Assembly (NCBI RefSeq): GCF_018350175.1
Contig: NC_058370.1
Location: 51,150,001 to 51,214,000 of the forward strand
Origin: Felis catus
Taxonomy: Eukaryota
Length of the DNA stretch: 64,000 nucleotides
Direction of reading: 5' to 3'
Shown here: piece by piece, positions 1-11,283 of the stretch
Layout: every line of letters starts with the position of its first letter
Numbering within the stretch: position 1 is the stretch's first letter
Made by a program: the position numbers and the translations under genes
Notes under the pieces: model-generated
What the model saw: the letters and a program-made list of their open reading frames with translations, nothing else
What the model was told of the DNA's origin: nothing
Database searches by the model: none

Positions 1-371
1 GATCTCCACCCTCCAGGGATGTGGGCTGGCTCCTGCCTTTGCAGTGAGACAAGAGCCGGGGCTGTTCCATGTGACCTGCCCCATCTCCTGGGCTTCTGTA
101 CCCCTACACTGTGCATGGGTTCAGCTAGTGAAGCCTCACACCCATCCTAGAAAGTGGTGGGATTTGATCGACTACTTTAGTTGTGGGAGACAGAAGTAGT
201 AGTATCAACTATTTTAGTTTAGCAATGGCTACAAACATGCACGGCTTATCTGCCCTCAAAGCTGCAGTTTGGGCTGGACTCAGCAGGGTAATTATCCTGG
301 TGGCTTCTGGGGTTCCCTGTGCAGGTCTATTCCCCAGTTGTCAGCTGGGCAGTGTGGCCCTAGCAGGGTTT

Positions 372-385
372 TCACCAGGGGGCAG
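372..385 (+). promoter_or_regulatory. Candidate CTCF site
   Basis: TCACCAGGGGGCAG matches the core CCASYAGRKGGCRS at 13/14 positions; motif only. Confidence 0.35.
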
Positions 386-2200
386 AAGAGGTGCCAGCAG
401 AAAGAGAAGGTAAACCTTAAGAAGCAAGATTTTTTCAATCTCTGCCTGCATGACATTGGTTGTAGTTTTCTTAGGCAAGCCCCAAGCTGGGTGGGAGGGA
501 CTGCACCCTCCTGGGTGGGTCCTGGGGGCTGAGTGACTGGCCGCTACTGTGAGGATGGACAACACTCCTTATAGCACGAAATAAAATAACATTTCTGACT
601 TGCCTGTGGTTGCCTGAAGATTATCCACGTGCAAACTTCCTCGCTAGCTAACCATGCTAGCCTGAGCAGGCATGGCTAGTGGCCACACATATCACTGTTA
701 TAGTAGGTGAAGATGCCTTTTACTTTTAAAATTATTAAGGGTTTCTAAATCAGATATGGAGAATAAGGAAAAAGAATCAAGAAGAAAATGAAAACCACAA
801 GTGACCTCCAAGCTGAGGGTATTTTGATGTTTGTCTTCCATTTAGTTTATTCTAAGTGTGTTTTTTTTCTATCAGCCTGTCACAGAGTTTACCTACCTGT
901 TCATCTATTATTATATCTTGAACCTGGCCCCACAGACACAGTGTTTGGCAGCTGCCTGATACTCTTGTATACCACAGATGAGTCAAACAATTTCCTGTGG
1001 TTGAGCATTTAAGTTCTTTATCATGTTTTCATTATTATGGATAATGCTTAAGCAAATATTCTTTGACATAGTTTTTTTTGTGCACATCTCTGATTATTTC
1101 TTTTGTTAGATTTCCCCACAGGCCAAAAAGTATGAACATCTCAAGATTTTTTTTGTACATTTTGCTGCACTCTAAAGCCACTCCTTAAAAGGTGAAATTT
1201 CTGAGTCCCTGGCCAGCCTTTTGGGGAGCTCCTGCCTGTCACAGAGCCATCTTTGTTGGCTCAAGCCACCTGTCTCAGGTGTCTCAGAGACGCTAGCTAG
1301 AGTCCTGCATGGTACATGGGAGTCCCTCAAAAGACAGGCCTCCCCCAGTGGTCTCAGACAGCAAGGGCCTGTCCCTTTCAAGACAGGGTCCAGTGAGATG
1401 TTCAGGAACTGCATGGCCTGACACTCCAGATGACAAGAGGGTCAGCACTCAGAGCCAGAGAGAGGACCCAGTCCACATGCTTTAGGGGACAGATAACATT
1501 TTACATATTGTGTGTCCCCAGAGCTGTGTCCAGAAAACGTGCTCAATAAAACTTTGTAAAAAAATAGAGACTGAGGGAGAAGGAATCAGCAATCATGAAA
1601 ATGACCCAAGCAACCTGTCAGTGGGAGGGCGAGGGTGTTAAACAAGCAAATGTCTGAGGGGTGTAGATCCATTACAACAGGAAATTTAGTGACAGCTTAT
1701 TTATATATCCATGTGTATTTGGTCCTTTTAGTACTTATTCTAGTTTGGGCAATCTATAACTCATAAATGGAAGTGGAATTGCTGCAGCTCTGTCTAATAC
1801 ACATCTATTTGAACACACTCTTCTCCATCATTCTCATGAGCCTGACTGTTGTATGTTAGCAACTCAGGTGCAGGTACCACTGATGGCCAAGTTGTTCCCT
1901 GAAATGAAGGCAGAGTGTCTTCTGGATTTTTAATCTTGGCAGCATGTTAACATCCCTGGAAGCTTGTAGAAGATGCTGGCACCTGGACTGACTCCAGGCC
2001 CACTGGACCATAATTGGTAGAGTGGGGCTGAACACTGGTACTTTTTTCCCAGGGATGCTCATATGCAGCTGGTGCCAAGGATCACAGATACAGACACTTG
2101 GAGAAACAAAGATGCCCCCTGAAAACTGACTTTGCTAACTTTTTACTGATCTCAACTGGTAGAAGACTCAATTTATACTAAGCATGTCTCATTTAGCAGG

Positions 2201-2395
2201 TTTTTTTTTTAAATTTATTCTTGAGAGAGAGAGGTAGAGAAGAAGCAGGGGAGGGGCAGAGAGAGAGGGAGACAGAATCCTAAGCAGGCTCAATGCCGTA
2301 GGCATGGAGCCTGATGTGGGGCTTTAACTCACAAACCATGAGATCATGACCTGAGCCAAAACCAAGAGTTAACTGACTAAGCCACCCAGGCACCC
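2201..2395 (-). mobile_element. CanSINE (SINEC)
   Basis: T tail, (GA)n, gagatcatgacctgagcc, gccacccaggcaccc end. Confidence 0.9.
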
Positions 2396-3299
2396 AAGCA
2401 GTTTATTTTTTAAAATTAAATTTTGAAGAAAATTTCTGTTAAAACGTTGAACATTATGAGTAGAATGCTGCCATCTTGGAGTGATGGATGGCCAGCTGAG
2501 CAGAACTGAGTCAGCGGTGCTGGGACCGTAGATCTGGAGCCTGGTTCAACAGGCAGAGCAACAACTATGAACACTGCCCTGTCCCTGCAGAAAAGTCACC
2601 CTCAGTTAACACTATAACAGTTCTTAGGTAATGAGTCAATTTAATCAGTATTAAAAGTGCTAACAGCAGGAGCCCCCAAGGAGCTAAGCTAGCAGCCAGG
2701 TCCACTAAAGGGAACTACCTGTTACTGTGGATGCAAGCCTCCTTTCTGTTAGAAGGGCTGTTCCAGGTGACCCAGTCTGCAATTTCTTTTGATTGTCAAA
2801 AACATCAGGACTCAAATAAAGGGGTGGGAACGCATGGAACAGTAGAATAGAGGAGACTTGAGAGCTAAACTGGTAGTATGCATGCCCTGAAGGCTGACTC
2901 AGCACTGTCATTGTCATTAATTCCAGCATGCAGCATATCTAGCTCTGCTCGGACACTTCTAAGCATGAGGAGCGTCCTGACCACCCAGCAGCCATACTCT
3001 GGTTGGATCACACTGACAAAGAGGCTTAGAAAATCCTGGACTTTCCCGAGCATGTTCTCAGCCACACTGGGGAGACTGAGCCAATGTAGCAGACTTGTAG
3101 GACAGCTAGTGAGCAGGCAAGCATGGTGGACCTAACCATCATCACGCCCAGCACAGTGCTGCACAGCTAGCCCCTTGGGTGGCAGCTTCCTCCATTGTCC
3201 CCCTCTCCTCATCTGATGTTCATTCTCCTTGAAGGAGAGGACAGCGTGAAGTTGGGATGCGGGTGTTGAGAGCCCCAGCCTACATTTAATGTGTCATCC

Positions 3300-3500
3300 T
3301 TTTAAAAGAATTTTATTTATTTAATTTTGAGAGTGATATAGAGAGCAAGCAGGGCAGAGGGAGACAGAATCCCAAGCAGGCTCCACACTGTCAGCACAGA
3401 GCCTGATACGGGGCCCAAACTCACAAAACAGCTGTAAGATCATGACCTGAGCAGAAATCAAGAGTCCGATGCTTAACCAACTGAGCTACCCAGGTGCCCC
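3300..3500 (-). mobile_element. CanSINE
   Basis: SINEC motifs ending ccaggtgcccc; imperfect TSD taatgtgt(c/g)atc. Confidence 0.9.
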
Positions 3501-3614
3501 ATAATGTGTGATCTTTAACATCACAATTTTTCAGCAGGGCTCTTATCCTCCACCCACTTTCCTCACCTTTTTACTCTAAACTCAGTTCCAACTCCTCCCC
3601 AGCTTTTAAAACAC

Positions 3615-4634
3615 TTTTTATTTTGAGATAACTGTGGATTCACATACAATTTTGGGGAATAATATAGACAGATTCCATATACCCCTCACCAAACTTCCCC
3701 TGGTTGTGGCATCTTGTAACACTGTAGTACCATATCACAGTCAGGAACTTGATATTGGTACAACCTATGATTCAGATTTCATGCTTTTTATTGGCGCTGG
3801 TGTGTGTGTGTGTGTATGTGTACACGTGCAGTTAATTCTATGCAACCTTATCTCATGTGTACACTCATGACCATCATCAAGATACAGACCAACCCATCCC
3901 CATGAGGATCACCCCTACCATTTATAGCCACTCCACTCTCTCTCCCGCTCCCCCACCTCCTTGCAGCCACCAATCTGTTATGCATCTCTATAATTTTATG
4001 ATTTTGTAACTGTTATATAAATGGAATCATACATTATATGACCTTTTGAATTTGCCTTTTTTTTTCAATCAGCATAATGCCTTGAGATCCATTCAGGTTG
4101 TTGCCTATATCAATCCATAGTTTGCTTTTTACTGTTGACTGATAGTCCATAGAATAGATGTATCACAGTCTGGTTACCACTTACCCATTGAAGGACATTT
4201 GGGTCTTTTGCAGTTTGGGGCTATTATGAATGAAGCTTCTATGAACATTAGCGTCAGGTTTTGTGTGTGTGAACATAAGTTTGTATTTTCCCAGGATAAA
4301 CGCACAAGAATGTGTAACATGTAGGTCATATGGCAGTTGCATGTTTAATGTTTTAAGAAACTACCAACTGTTTATTAGAGCGGTCATACCATTTTCCATT
4401 CCCACCAGCAATGTATGAAAGACTCAGTCTTAGTTTCCCCACATCCTCACCAGCATTTGCTGTTGTTACTAGTTTTTCTTTTAGCCAGGTATTTATTAGC
4501 TATGTAGTGGTATCTTGTGGTTTTAATTTGCATTTCCCCATGGCTAATGATACTGAACATCTTTTCGTGTTCTTATATGCCATTCATATATCCTCCTTGG
4601 TGAAATATCTCTTCATGCCTTTTGACCATTGTCT
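3615..4634 (-). mobile_element. Ancient L1MC-like 3' region (host of the nest); continues at ~11960-12045
   Basis: ttttattttgagataactgtggattcacataca... resembles the L1MC 3' end. The phrase ctcttcatgccttttgaccatt(t/g)tctaattgaattttttg is split across 4634/11976. Confidence 0.75.
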
Positions 4635-5299
4635 CTTTTTTTAAATATAATTTATTGTCAAATTGGCTTCCATACAATACCAAGTGCTCATCCCAACAAG
4701 TGCTGTCCTCAATGCCTATCACCCACGTGTCCCTCTCCCCCACACCCTATCAACCCTCAATTTCTTCTATGTATTTAAGAGTCTCTTATGGTTTGCCTCT
4801 CTCCCTCTCTGTTTGGAACTTTTTCCCCCTTCACCTCCCCCATGATCTTCTGTTACGTTTCTCAAGATCCACATATGAGTGAAATCATATGGTATCTATC
4901 TTTCTCTAACTTATTTTACTTAGCATAATACCCTTCAGTTCCATCCACATTGCTGCAAATGGCAAGATTTCATTATTTCTCATTGCCAAGTAGTATTCCA
5001 TTGTATATATAAGCCACATGTTCTTTATCCATTAATCAGTTGGACATTTAGGCTCTTTCCATAATGTGGCTATTGTTGAAATCATTGCTATAAACATTGG
5101 GGTACATGTGCCCCTATGCATCAGAACTCCTGTATCCCTTGGGTAAATTCCTAGTAGTGCTATTGCTGGGTCATAGGGTAGTTCTATTTTTAATTTTTTG
5201 AGGAAGCTCCACACTGTTTTCCAGAGTGGCTGCACCAGTTTGCATTCCCACCACCAGTGCAAGAGGGTTCCCTTTTTTCCACATCCTCACCAGCATCTA
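4635..5299 (-). mobile_element. Older carnivore/felid L1, poly(A)-containing 3' segment of a 5'-inverted insertion
   Basis: Poly(T) on +, L1 3'UTR, and ORF2 C-terminus [40 protein letters not shown] on minus. Confidence 0.9.
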
Positions 5300-5359
5300 C
5301 CAGGCAATTAAAGAAGAAATTTAAAAATATATGGAAACAAATGAAAATGAAAACACAAC
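5299..5359 (+). mobile_element. Inverted ORF2 segment of the same older L1, left piece
   Basis: ccaggcaattaaagaagaaatttaaaaatatatggaaacaaatgaaaatgaaaacacaac is homologous to 8020-8079 of the young L1. Confidence 0.9.
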
Positions 5360-5372
5360 GGGGCCCGGAGGG

Positions 5373-5382
5373 AAGATGGCGG
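5373..5382 (+). promoter_or_regulatory. YY1-type motif (AAGATGGCGG) of the L1 internal promoter
   Basis: About 14 nt from the element 5' end, the same relative position as the YY1 site in human L1. Confidence 0.75.
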
Positions 5383-6290
5383 CGTAGGAGGACGCTGGGC
5401 TCATCGCGCTTCCTGCTGATCACTTAGATTCCACCTACACCTGCCTAAATAACCCAGAAAACCACCAGAGGATTAGCAGAATGGAGTCTCCGGAGCCAAG
5501 CTCAGACGAGAGGCCCACGGAAGAGGGTAGGAAGGGTGGCGAGGCGGTGCGTGCTCCACGGACTGGCGGGAGGGAGCCGGGGCAGAGGGGCGGCTCGCCG
5601 GCCAAGCAGAGCCCCCGAGTCTGGCTTGCAAAAGCGGAGGGGCCTGACGGACTGTGTTCCAACAGCAAGCGCGACTTAGCGTCTGGGAGGTCATAAGTTA
5701 ACAGCTCTGCTCGGAAAGCGGGAAGGCTGGAGGACAAAGGGAGGGAGAGCTGCTGAGCCCCCAGACGACAGAGCTCAGTTTGGTGGGGAACAAAGGCGCT
5801 CGCCAGCGCCATCTCCCCCGCCCATCCCCCAGCCAAAATCCCAAAGAGAACCAGTTCCTGCCAGGGAACTTGCTCGCTCTGCGCAAACACCCAACTCTGC
5901 GCTTCTGCGGAGCCAAACCTCCAGCAGCGGATCTGACTCCCTCCCGCTGCCACAGGGCCCCTCCTGAAGTGGATCACCTAAGGAGAAGCGAGCTAAGCCT
6001 GCCCCTCCTGCCCCTGTGCACCTTGCCTACCCACTCCAGCTAATACGCCAGATCCCCAGCATCACAAGCCTGGCAGTGAGCAAGTAGCCCAGACGGGCCA
6101 CGCCACCTCACAGTGAATCCCGCCCCTAGGAGAGGGGAAGAGAAGGCACACACCAGTCTGAATGTGGCCCCAGCGGTGGGCTGGAAGCAGACATCAGGTC
6201 TGACTGCGGCTCCGCCCACCAACTCCAGTTATACACCACAGCACAGGGGAAGTGCCCTGCAGGTCCTCACCACGCCAGGGACTATCCAAA

Positions 6291-7184
6291 ATGACCAAGC
6301 GGAAGAATTCCCCTCAGAAGAATCTCCAGGAAATAACAACAGCTAATGAGCTGATCAAAAAGGATTTAAATAATATAACAGAAAGTGAATTTAGAATAAT
6401 AGTCATAAAATTAATCGCTGGGCTTGAAAACAGTATACAGGACAGCAGAGAATCTCTTGCTACAGAGATCAAGGGACTAAGGAGCAGTCACGAGGAGCTG
6501 AAAAACGCTTTAAACGAAATGCATGGCAAAATGGAAACCACCACGGCTCGGCTTGAAGAGGCAGAGGAGAGAATAGATGAACTAGAAGATAAAGTTATGG
6601 AAAAAGAGGAAGCTGAGAAAAAGAGAGATAAAAAAATCCAGGAGTATGAGGGGAAAATTAGAGAACTAAGTGATACACTAAAAAGAAATAATATACGCAT
6701 AATTGGTATCCCAGAGGAGGAAGAGAGAGGGAAAGGTGCTGAAGGGGTACTTGAAGAAGTAATAGCTGAGAACTTCCCTGAACTGGGGAAGGAAAAAGGC
6801 ATTGAAAACCAAGAGGCACAGAGAACTCCCTTCAGACGTAACTTGAATCGATCTTCTGCACGACATATCATAGTGAAACTGGCAAAATACAAGGATAAAG
6901 AGAAAATTCTGAAAGCAGCAAGGGGTAAACGTGCCCTCACATATAAAGGGAGACCTATAAGACTCGTGACTGATCTCTCTTTTGAAACTTGGCAGGCCAG
7001 AAAGAATTGGCACGAGATTTTCAGGGTGCTAGACAGAAAAAATATGCAGCCGAGAATCCTTTATCCAGCAAGTCTGTCATTTAAAATAGAAGGAGAGATA
7101 AAGGTCTTCCCAAACAAACAAAAACTGAAGGAATTTGTCACCACTAAACCAGCCCTACAAGAGATCCTAAGGGGGACCCTGTGA
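6291..7184 (+). CDS. LINE-1 ORF1p (297 aa, intact)
   Basis: MTKRKNSPQK... with coiled coil, RRM motif RNNIRIIGIPEEEE, and CTD motifs ARKNW and YPASLSF; uninterrupted. Confidence 0.95.
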   Translation: MTKRKNSPQKNLQEITTANELIKKDLNNITESEFRIIVIKLIAGLENSIQDSRESLATEIKGLRSSHEELKNALNEMHGKMETTTARLEEAEERIDELEDKVMEKEEAEKKRDKKIQEYEGKIRELSDTLKRNNIRIIGIPEEEERGKGAEGVLEEVIAENFPELGKEKGIENQEAQRTPFRRNLNRSSARHIIVKLAKYKDKEKILKAARGKRALTYKGRPIRLVTDLSFETWQARKNWHEIFRVLDRKNMQPRILYPASLSFKIEGEIKVFPNKQKLKEFVTTKPALQEILRGTL

Positions 7185-7234
7185 GACAAAGTCCCAGAGA
7201 CATCACTACAAGCATAAAACATACAGACATCACA

Positions 7235-10200
7235 ATGACTCTAAACCCGTATCTTTCTATAATAACACTGAATGTAAATGGATTAAATGCGCCAACCAAA
7301 AGACATAGGGTATCAGAATGGATAAAAAAACAAGACCCATCTATTGGCTGTCTACAAGAGACGCATTTTAGACCTGAGGACACCTTTAGATTGAGAGTGA
7401 GGGGATGGAGAACTATTTATCATGCGACTGGAAGCCAAAAGAAAGCTGGAGTAGCCATACTTATATCAGACAAACCAGACTTTAAATTAAAGGCTGTCAC
7501 AAGAGATGAAGAAGGACATTATATAATAGTTACAGGGTCTATCCATCAGGAAGAGCTAACAATTATAAATGTCTATGCGCCGAATACCGGAGCCCCCAAA
7601 TATATAAAACAATTACTCATAAACATAAGCAACCTTATTGATAAGAATGTGGTAATTGCAGGGGACTTTAACACCCCACTTACAGAAATGGATAGATCAT
7701 CTAGACACACGGTCAATAAAGAAACAAGGGCCCTGACTGAGACATTGGATCAGATGGACTTGACAGATATATTTAGAACTCTACATCCCAAAGCAACAGA
7801 ATATACTTTCTTCTCGAGTGCACATGGAACATTCTCCAAGATAGATCATATACTGGGTCACAAAGCAGCCCTTCATAAGTTTACAAGAATTGAAATTATA
7901 CCATGCATACTTTCAGACCACAATGCTATGAAGCTTGAAATCAACCACAGAAAAAAGTCTGGAAAACCTCCAAAAGCATGGAGGTTAAAGAACACCCTAC
8001 TAACGAATGAGTGGGTCAACCAGGCAATTAGAGAAGAAATTAAAAAATATATGGAAACAAGTGAAAATGAAAATACAACAATCCAAACGCTTTGGGACGC
8101 AGCGAAGGCAGTCCTGAGAGGAAAATACATTGCAATCCAGGCCTATCTCAAGAAACAAGAAAAATCCCAAATACAAAATCTAACAGCACACCTAAAGGAA
8201 CTAGAAGCAGAACAGCAAAGGCAGCCTAAACCCAGCAGAAGAAGAGAAATAATAAAGATCAGAGCAGAAATAATATAGAATCTAAAAAAATGGTAGAGCA
8301 GATCAACGAAACCAAGAGTTGGTTTTTTGAAAAAATAAACAAAATTGACAAACCTCTAGCCAGGCTTCTCAAAAAGAAAAGGGAAATGACCCAAATAGAT
8401 AAAATCATGAATGAAAATGGAATTATTACAACCAATCCCTCAGAGATACAAACAATTATCAGGGAATACTATGAAAAATTATATGCCAACAAATTGGACA
8501 ACCTGGAAGAAATGGACAAATTCCTGAACACCCACACTCTTCCAAAAGTCAATCAGGAGGAAATAGAAAGCTTGAACAGACCCATAACCAGTGAAGAAAT
8601 TGAATCGGTTATCAAAAATCTCCCAACAAATAAGAGTCCAGGACCAGATGGCTTCCCAGGGGAGTTCTACCAGACGTTTAAAGCAGAGATAATACCTATC
8701 CTTCTCAAGCTATTCCAAGAAATAGAAAGGGAAGGAAAACTTCCAGACTCATTCTATGAAGCCAGTATGACTTTGATTCCTAAACCAGACAGAGACCCAG
8801 TAAAAAAAGAGAACTACAGGCCAATATCCCTGATGAATATGGATGCAAAAATTCTCAATAAGATACTAGCAAATCGAATTCAACGGCATATAAAAAGAGT
8901 TATTCACCATGATCAAGTGGGATTCATTCCTGGGATGCAGGGCTGGTTCAACATTCGCAAATCAATCAACGTGATACATCACATTAACAAAAAAAAAGAG
9001 AAGAACCATATGATCCTGTCAATCGATGCAGAAAAGGCCTTTGACAAAATCCAGCACCCTTTCTTAATAAAAACTTTTGAGAAAGTTGGGATAGAAGGAA
9101 CATACTCAAAGATCATAAAAGCCATCTATGAAAAGCCCACAGCTAACATCATCCTCAACGGGGAAAAACTGAGAGCTTTCTCCCTGAGATCAGGAACACG
9201 ACAGGGATGCCCACTCTCACCGCTGCTGTTTAACATAGTGCTGGAAGTTCTAGCATCAGCAATCAGACAACAAAAGGAAATCAAAGGCATCAAAATTGGC
9301 AAAGATGAAGTCAAGCTTTCACTTTTTGCAGATGACATGATATTATACATGGAAAATCCGATAGACTCCACCAAAAGTCTGCTAGAACTGATACAGGAAT
9401 TCAGCAAAGTTGCAGGATACAAATAAATGTACAGAAATCAGTTGCATTCTTATACACTAACAATGAAGCAACAGAAAGACAAATAAAGAAACTGATCCCA
9501 TTCACAATTGCACCAAGAAGCATAAAATACCTAGGAATAAATCTAACCAGAGATGTAAAGGATCTGTATGCTGAAAACTATAGAAAGCTTATGAAGGAAA
9601 TTGAAGAAGATTTAAAGAAATGGAAAGACATTCCCTGCTCATGGATTGGAAGAATAAATATTGTCAAAATGTCAATACTACCCAAAGCTATCTACACATT
9701 CAATGCAATCCCAATCAAAATTGCACCAGCATTCTTCTCGAAACTAGAACAAGCAATCCTAAAATTCATATGGAACCACAAAAGGCCCCGAATAGCCAAA
9801 GGAATTTTGAAGAAGAAGACCAAAGCAGGAGGCATCACAATCTCAGACTTTAGCCTCTACTACAAAGCTGTCATCATCAAGACAGCATGGTATTGGCACA
9901 AAAACAGACACATAGACCAATGGAATAGAATAGAAACCCCAGAACTAGACCCACAAACGTATGGCCAACTCATCTTTGACAAAGCAGGAAAGAACATCCA
10001 ATGGAAAAAAGACAGCCTCTTTAACAAATGGTGCTGGGAGAACTGGGCAGCAACATGCAGAAGGTTGAAACTAGACCACTTTCTCACACCATTCACAAAA
10101 ATAAACTCAAAATCGATAAAGGACCTGAATGTGAGACAGGAAACCATCAAAACCTTAGAGGAGAAAGCAGGAAAAGACCTCTCTGACCTCAGCCATAGCA

Positions 10201-11054
10201 ATCTCTTACTCGACACATCCCCAAAGGCAAGGGAATTAAAAGCAAAAGTGAATTACTGGGACCTTATGAAGATAAAAAGCTTCTGCACAGCAAAGGAAAC
10301 AACCAACAAAACTAAAAGGCAACCAACGGAATGGGAAAAGATATTTGCAAATGACATATCGGACAAAGGGCTAGTATCCAAAATCTATAAAGAGCTCACC
10401 AAACTCCACACCCGAAAAACAAATAACCCAGTGAAGANNNNNNNNNNNNNNNNNNNNNNNNNNNNNNNNNNNNNNNNNNNNNNNNNNNNNNNNNNNNNNN
10501 NNNNNNNNNNNNNNNNNNNNNNNNNNNNNNNNNNNNNNNNNNNNNNNNNNNNNNNNNNNNNNNNNNNNNCGCCAGTCAGAGTGGCCAAAATGAACAAATC
10601 ACGAGACTATAGATGCTGGAGAGGATGTGGAGAAGCAGGAACCCTCTTGCACTGTTGGTGGGAATGCAAATTGGTGCAGCCGCTCTGGAAAGCAGTGTGG
10701 AGGTTCCTCAGAAAATTAAAAATAGACCTACCCTATGACCCAGCAATAGCACTGCTAGGAATTTACCCAAGGGATACAGAAGTACTGATGCATAGGGGCA
10801 CTTGTACCCCAATGTTCATAGCAGCACTCTCAACAATAGCCAAATTATGGAAAGAGCCTAAATGTCCATCAACTGATGAATGGATAAAGAAATTGTGGTT
10901 TATATACACAATGGAATATTACGTGGCAATGAGAAAAAATGAAATATGGCCTTTTGTAGCAACGTGGATGGAACTGGAGAGTGTGATGCTAAGTGAAATA
11001 AGCCATACAGAGAAAGACAGATACCATATGGTTTCACTCTTATGTGGATCCTGA
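7235..11054 (+). pseudogene. LINE-1 ORF2p (endonuclease-RT-CCHC) broken by two frameshifts
   Basis: EN motifs LNVNGLN, LQETH, GDFN, SDHN; RT motifs [16 protein letters not shown]; C-terminal [18 protein letters not shown]. Net -1 shifts at ~8270 (apparent 4-bp loss versus the homologous ataaacaata at ~11458) and ~9424 (one A lost in TACAAAATAAAT). N run at 10438-10569. Confidence 0.93.
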
Positions 11055-11283
11055 GAAACTTAACAGGAACCCATGGGGGAGGGGAAGGAAAAAAAAAAGA
11101 GGTTAGAGTGGGAGAGAGCCAAAGCATAAGAGACTGTTAAAAACTGAGAACAAACTGAGGGTTGATGGGGGGTGGGAGGGAGGAGAGGGTGGGTGATGGG
11201 TATTGAAGAGGGCACCTTTTGGGATGAGCACTGGGTGTTGTAGGGAAACCAATTTGACAATAAATTTCATATAAAAAAAAAAA

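Larger units (their letters stand above)
5360..11283 (+). mobile_element. Young full-length felid LINE-1 (L1_Fc-like), ~5.9 kb
   Basis: CpG-rich 5'UTR starting GGGGCCCGGAGGGAAGATGGCGG, ORF1, ORF2, G-rich 3'UTR, AATAAA 11259-11264, short poly(A) 11273-11283. No TSD detected. Confidence 0.97.

Noticed and set aside
1-3600. Possible 3' exons of SEPTIN10, the convergent neighbour of SH3RF3 in human
   Set aside because: No septin-like translation seen; the gene probably lies outside the window.
6488-7013. Antisense ORFs within L1 ORF1
   Set aside because: Ser/Phe-rich mirror of A-rich L1 codon usage.
7148-7234. ORF2 frame is open across the last 37 nt of ORF1 (-1 frame), suggesting an ORF1-ORF2 frameshift fusion
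   Set aside because: No canonical XXXYYYZ slippery site seen; mammalian L1 ORF2 is known to be translated by termination-reinitiation.
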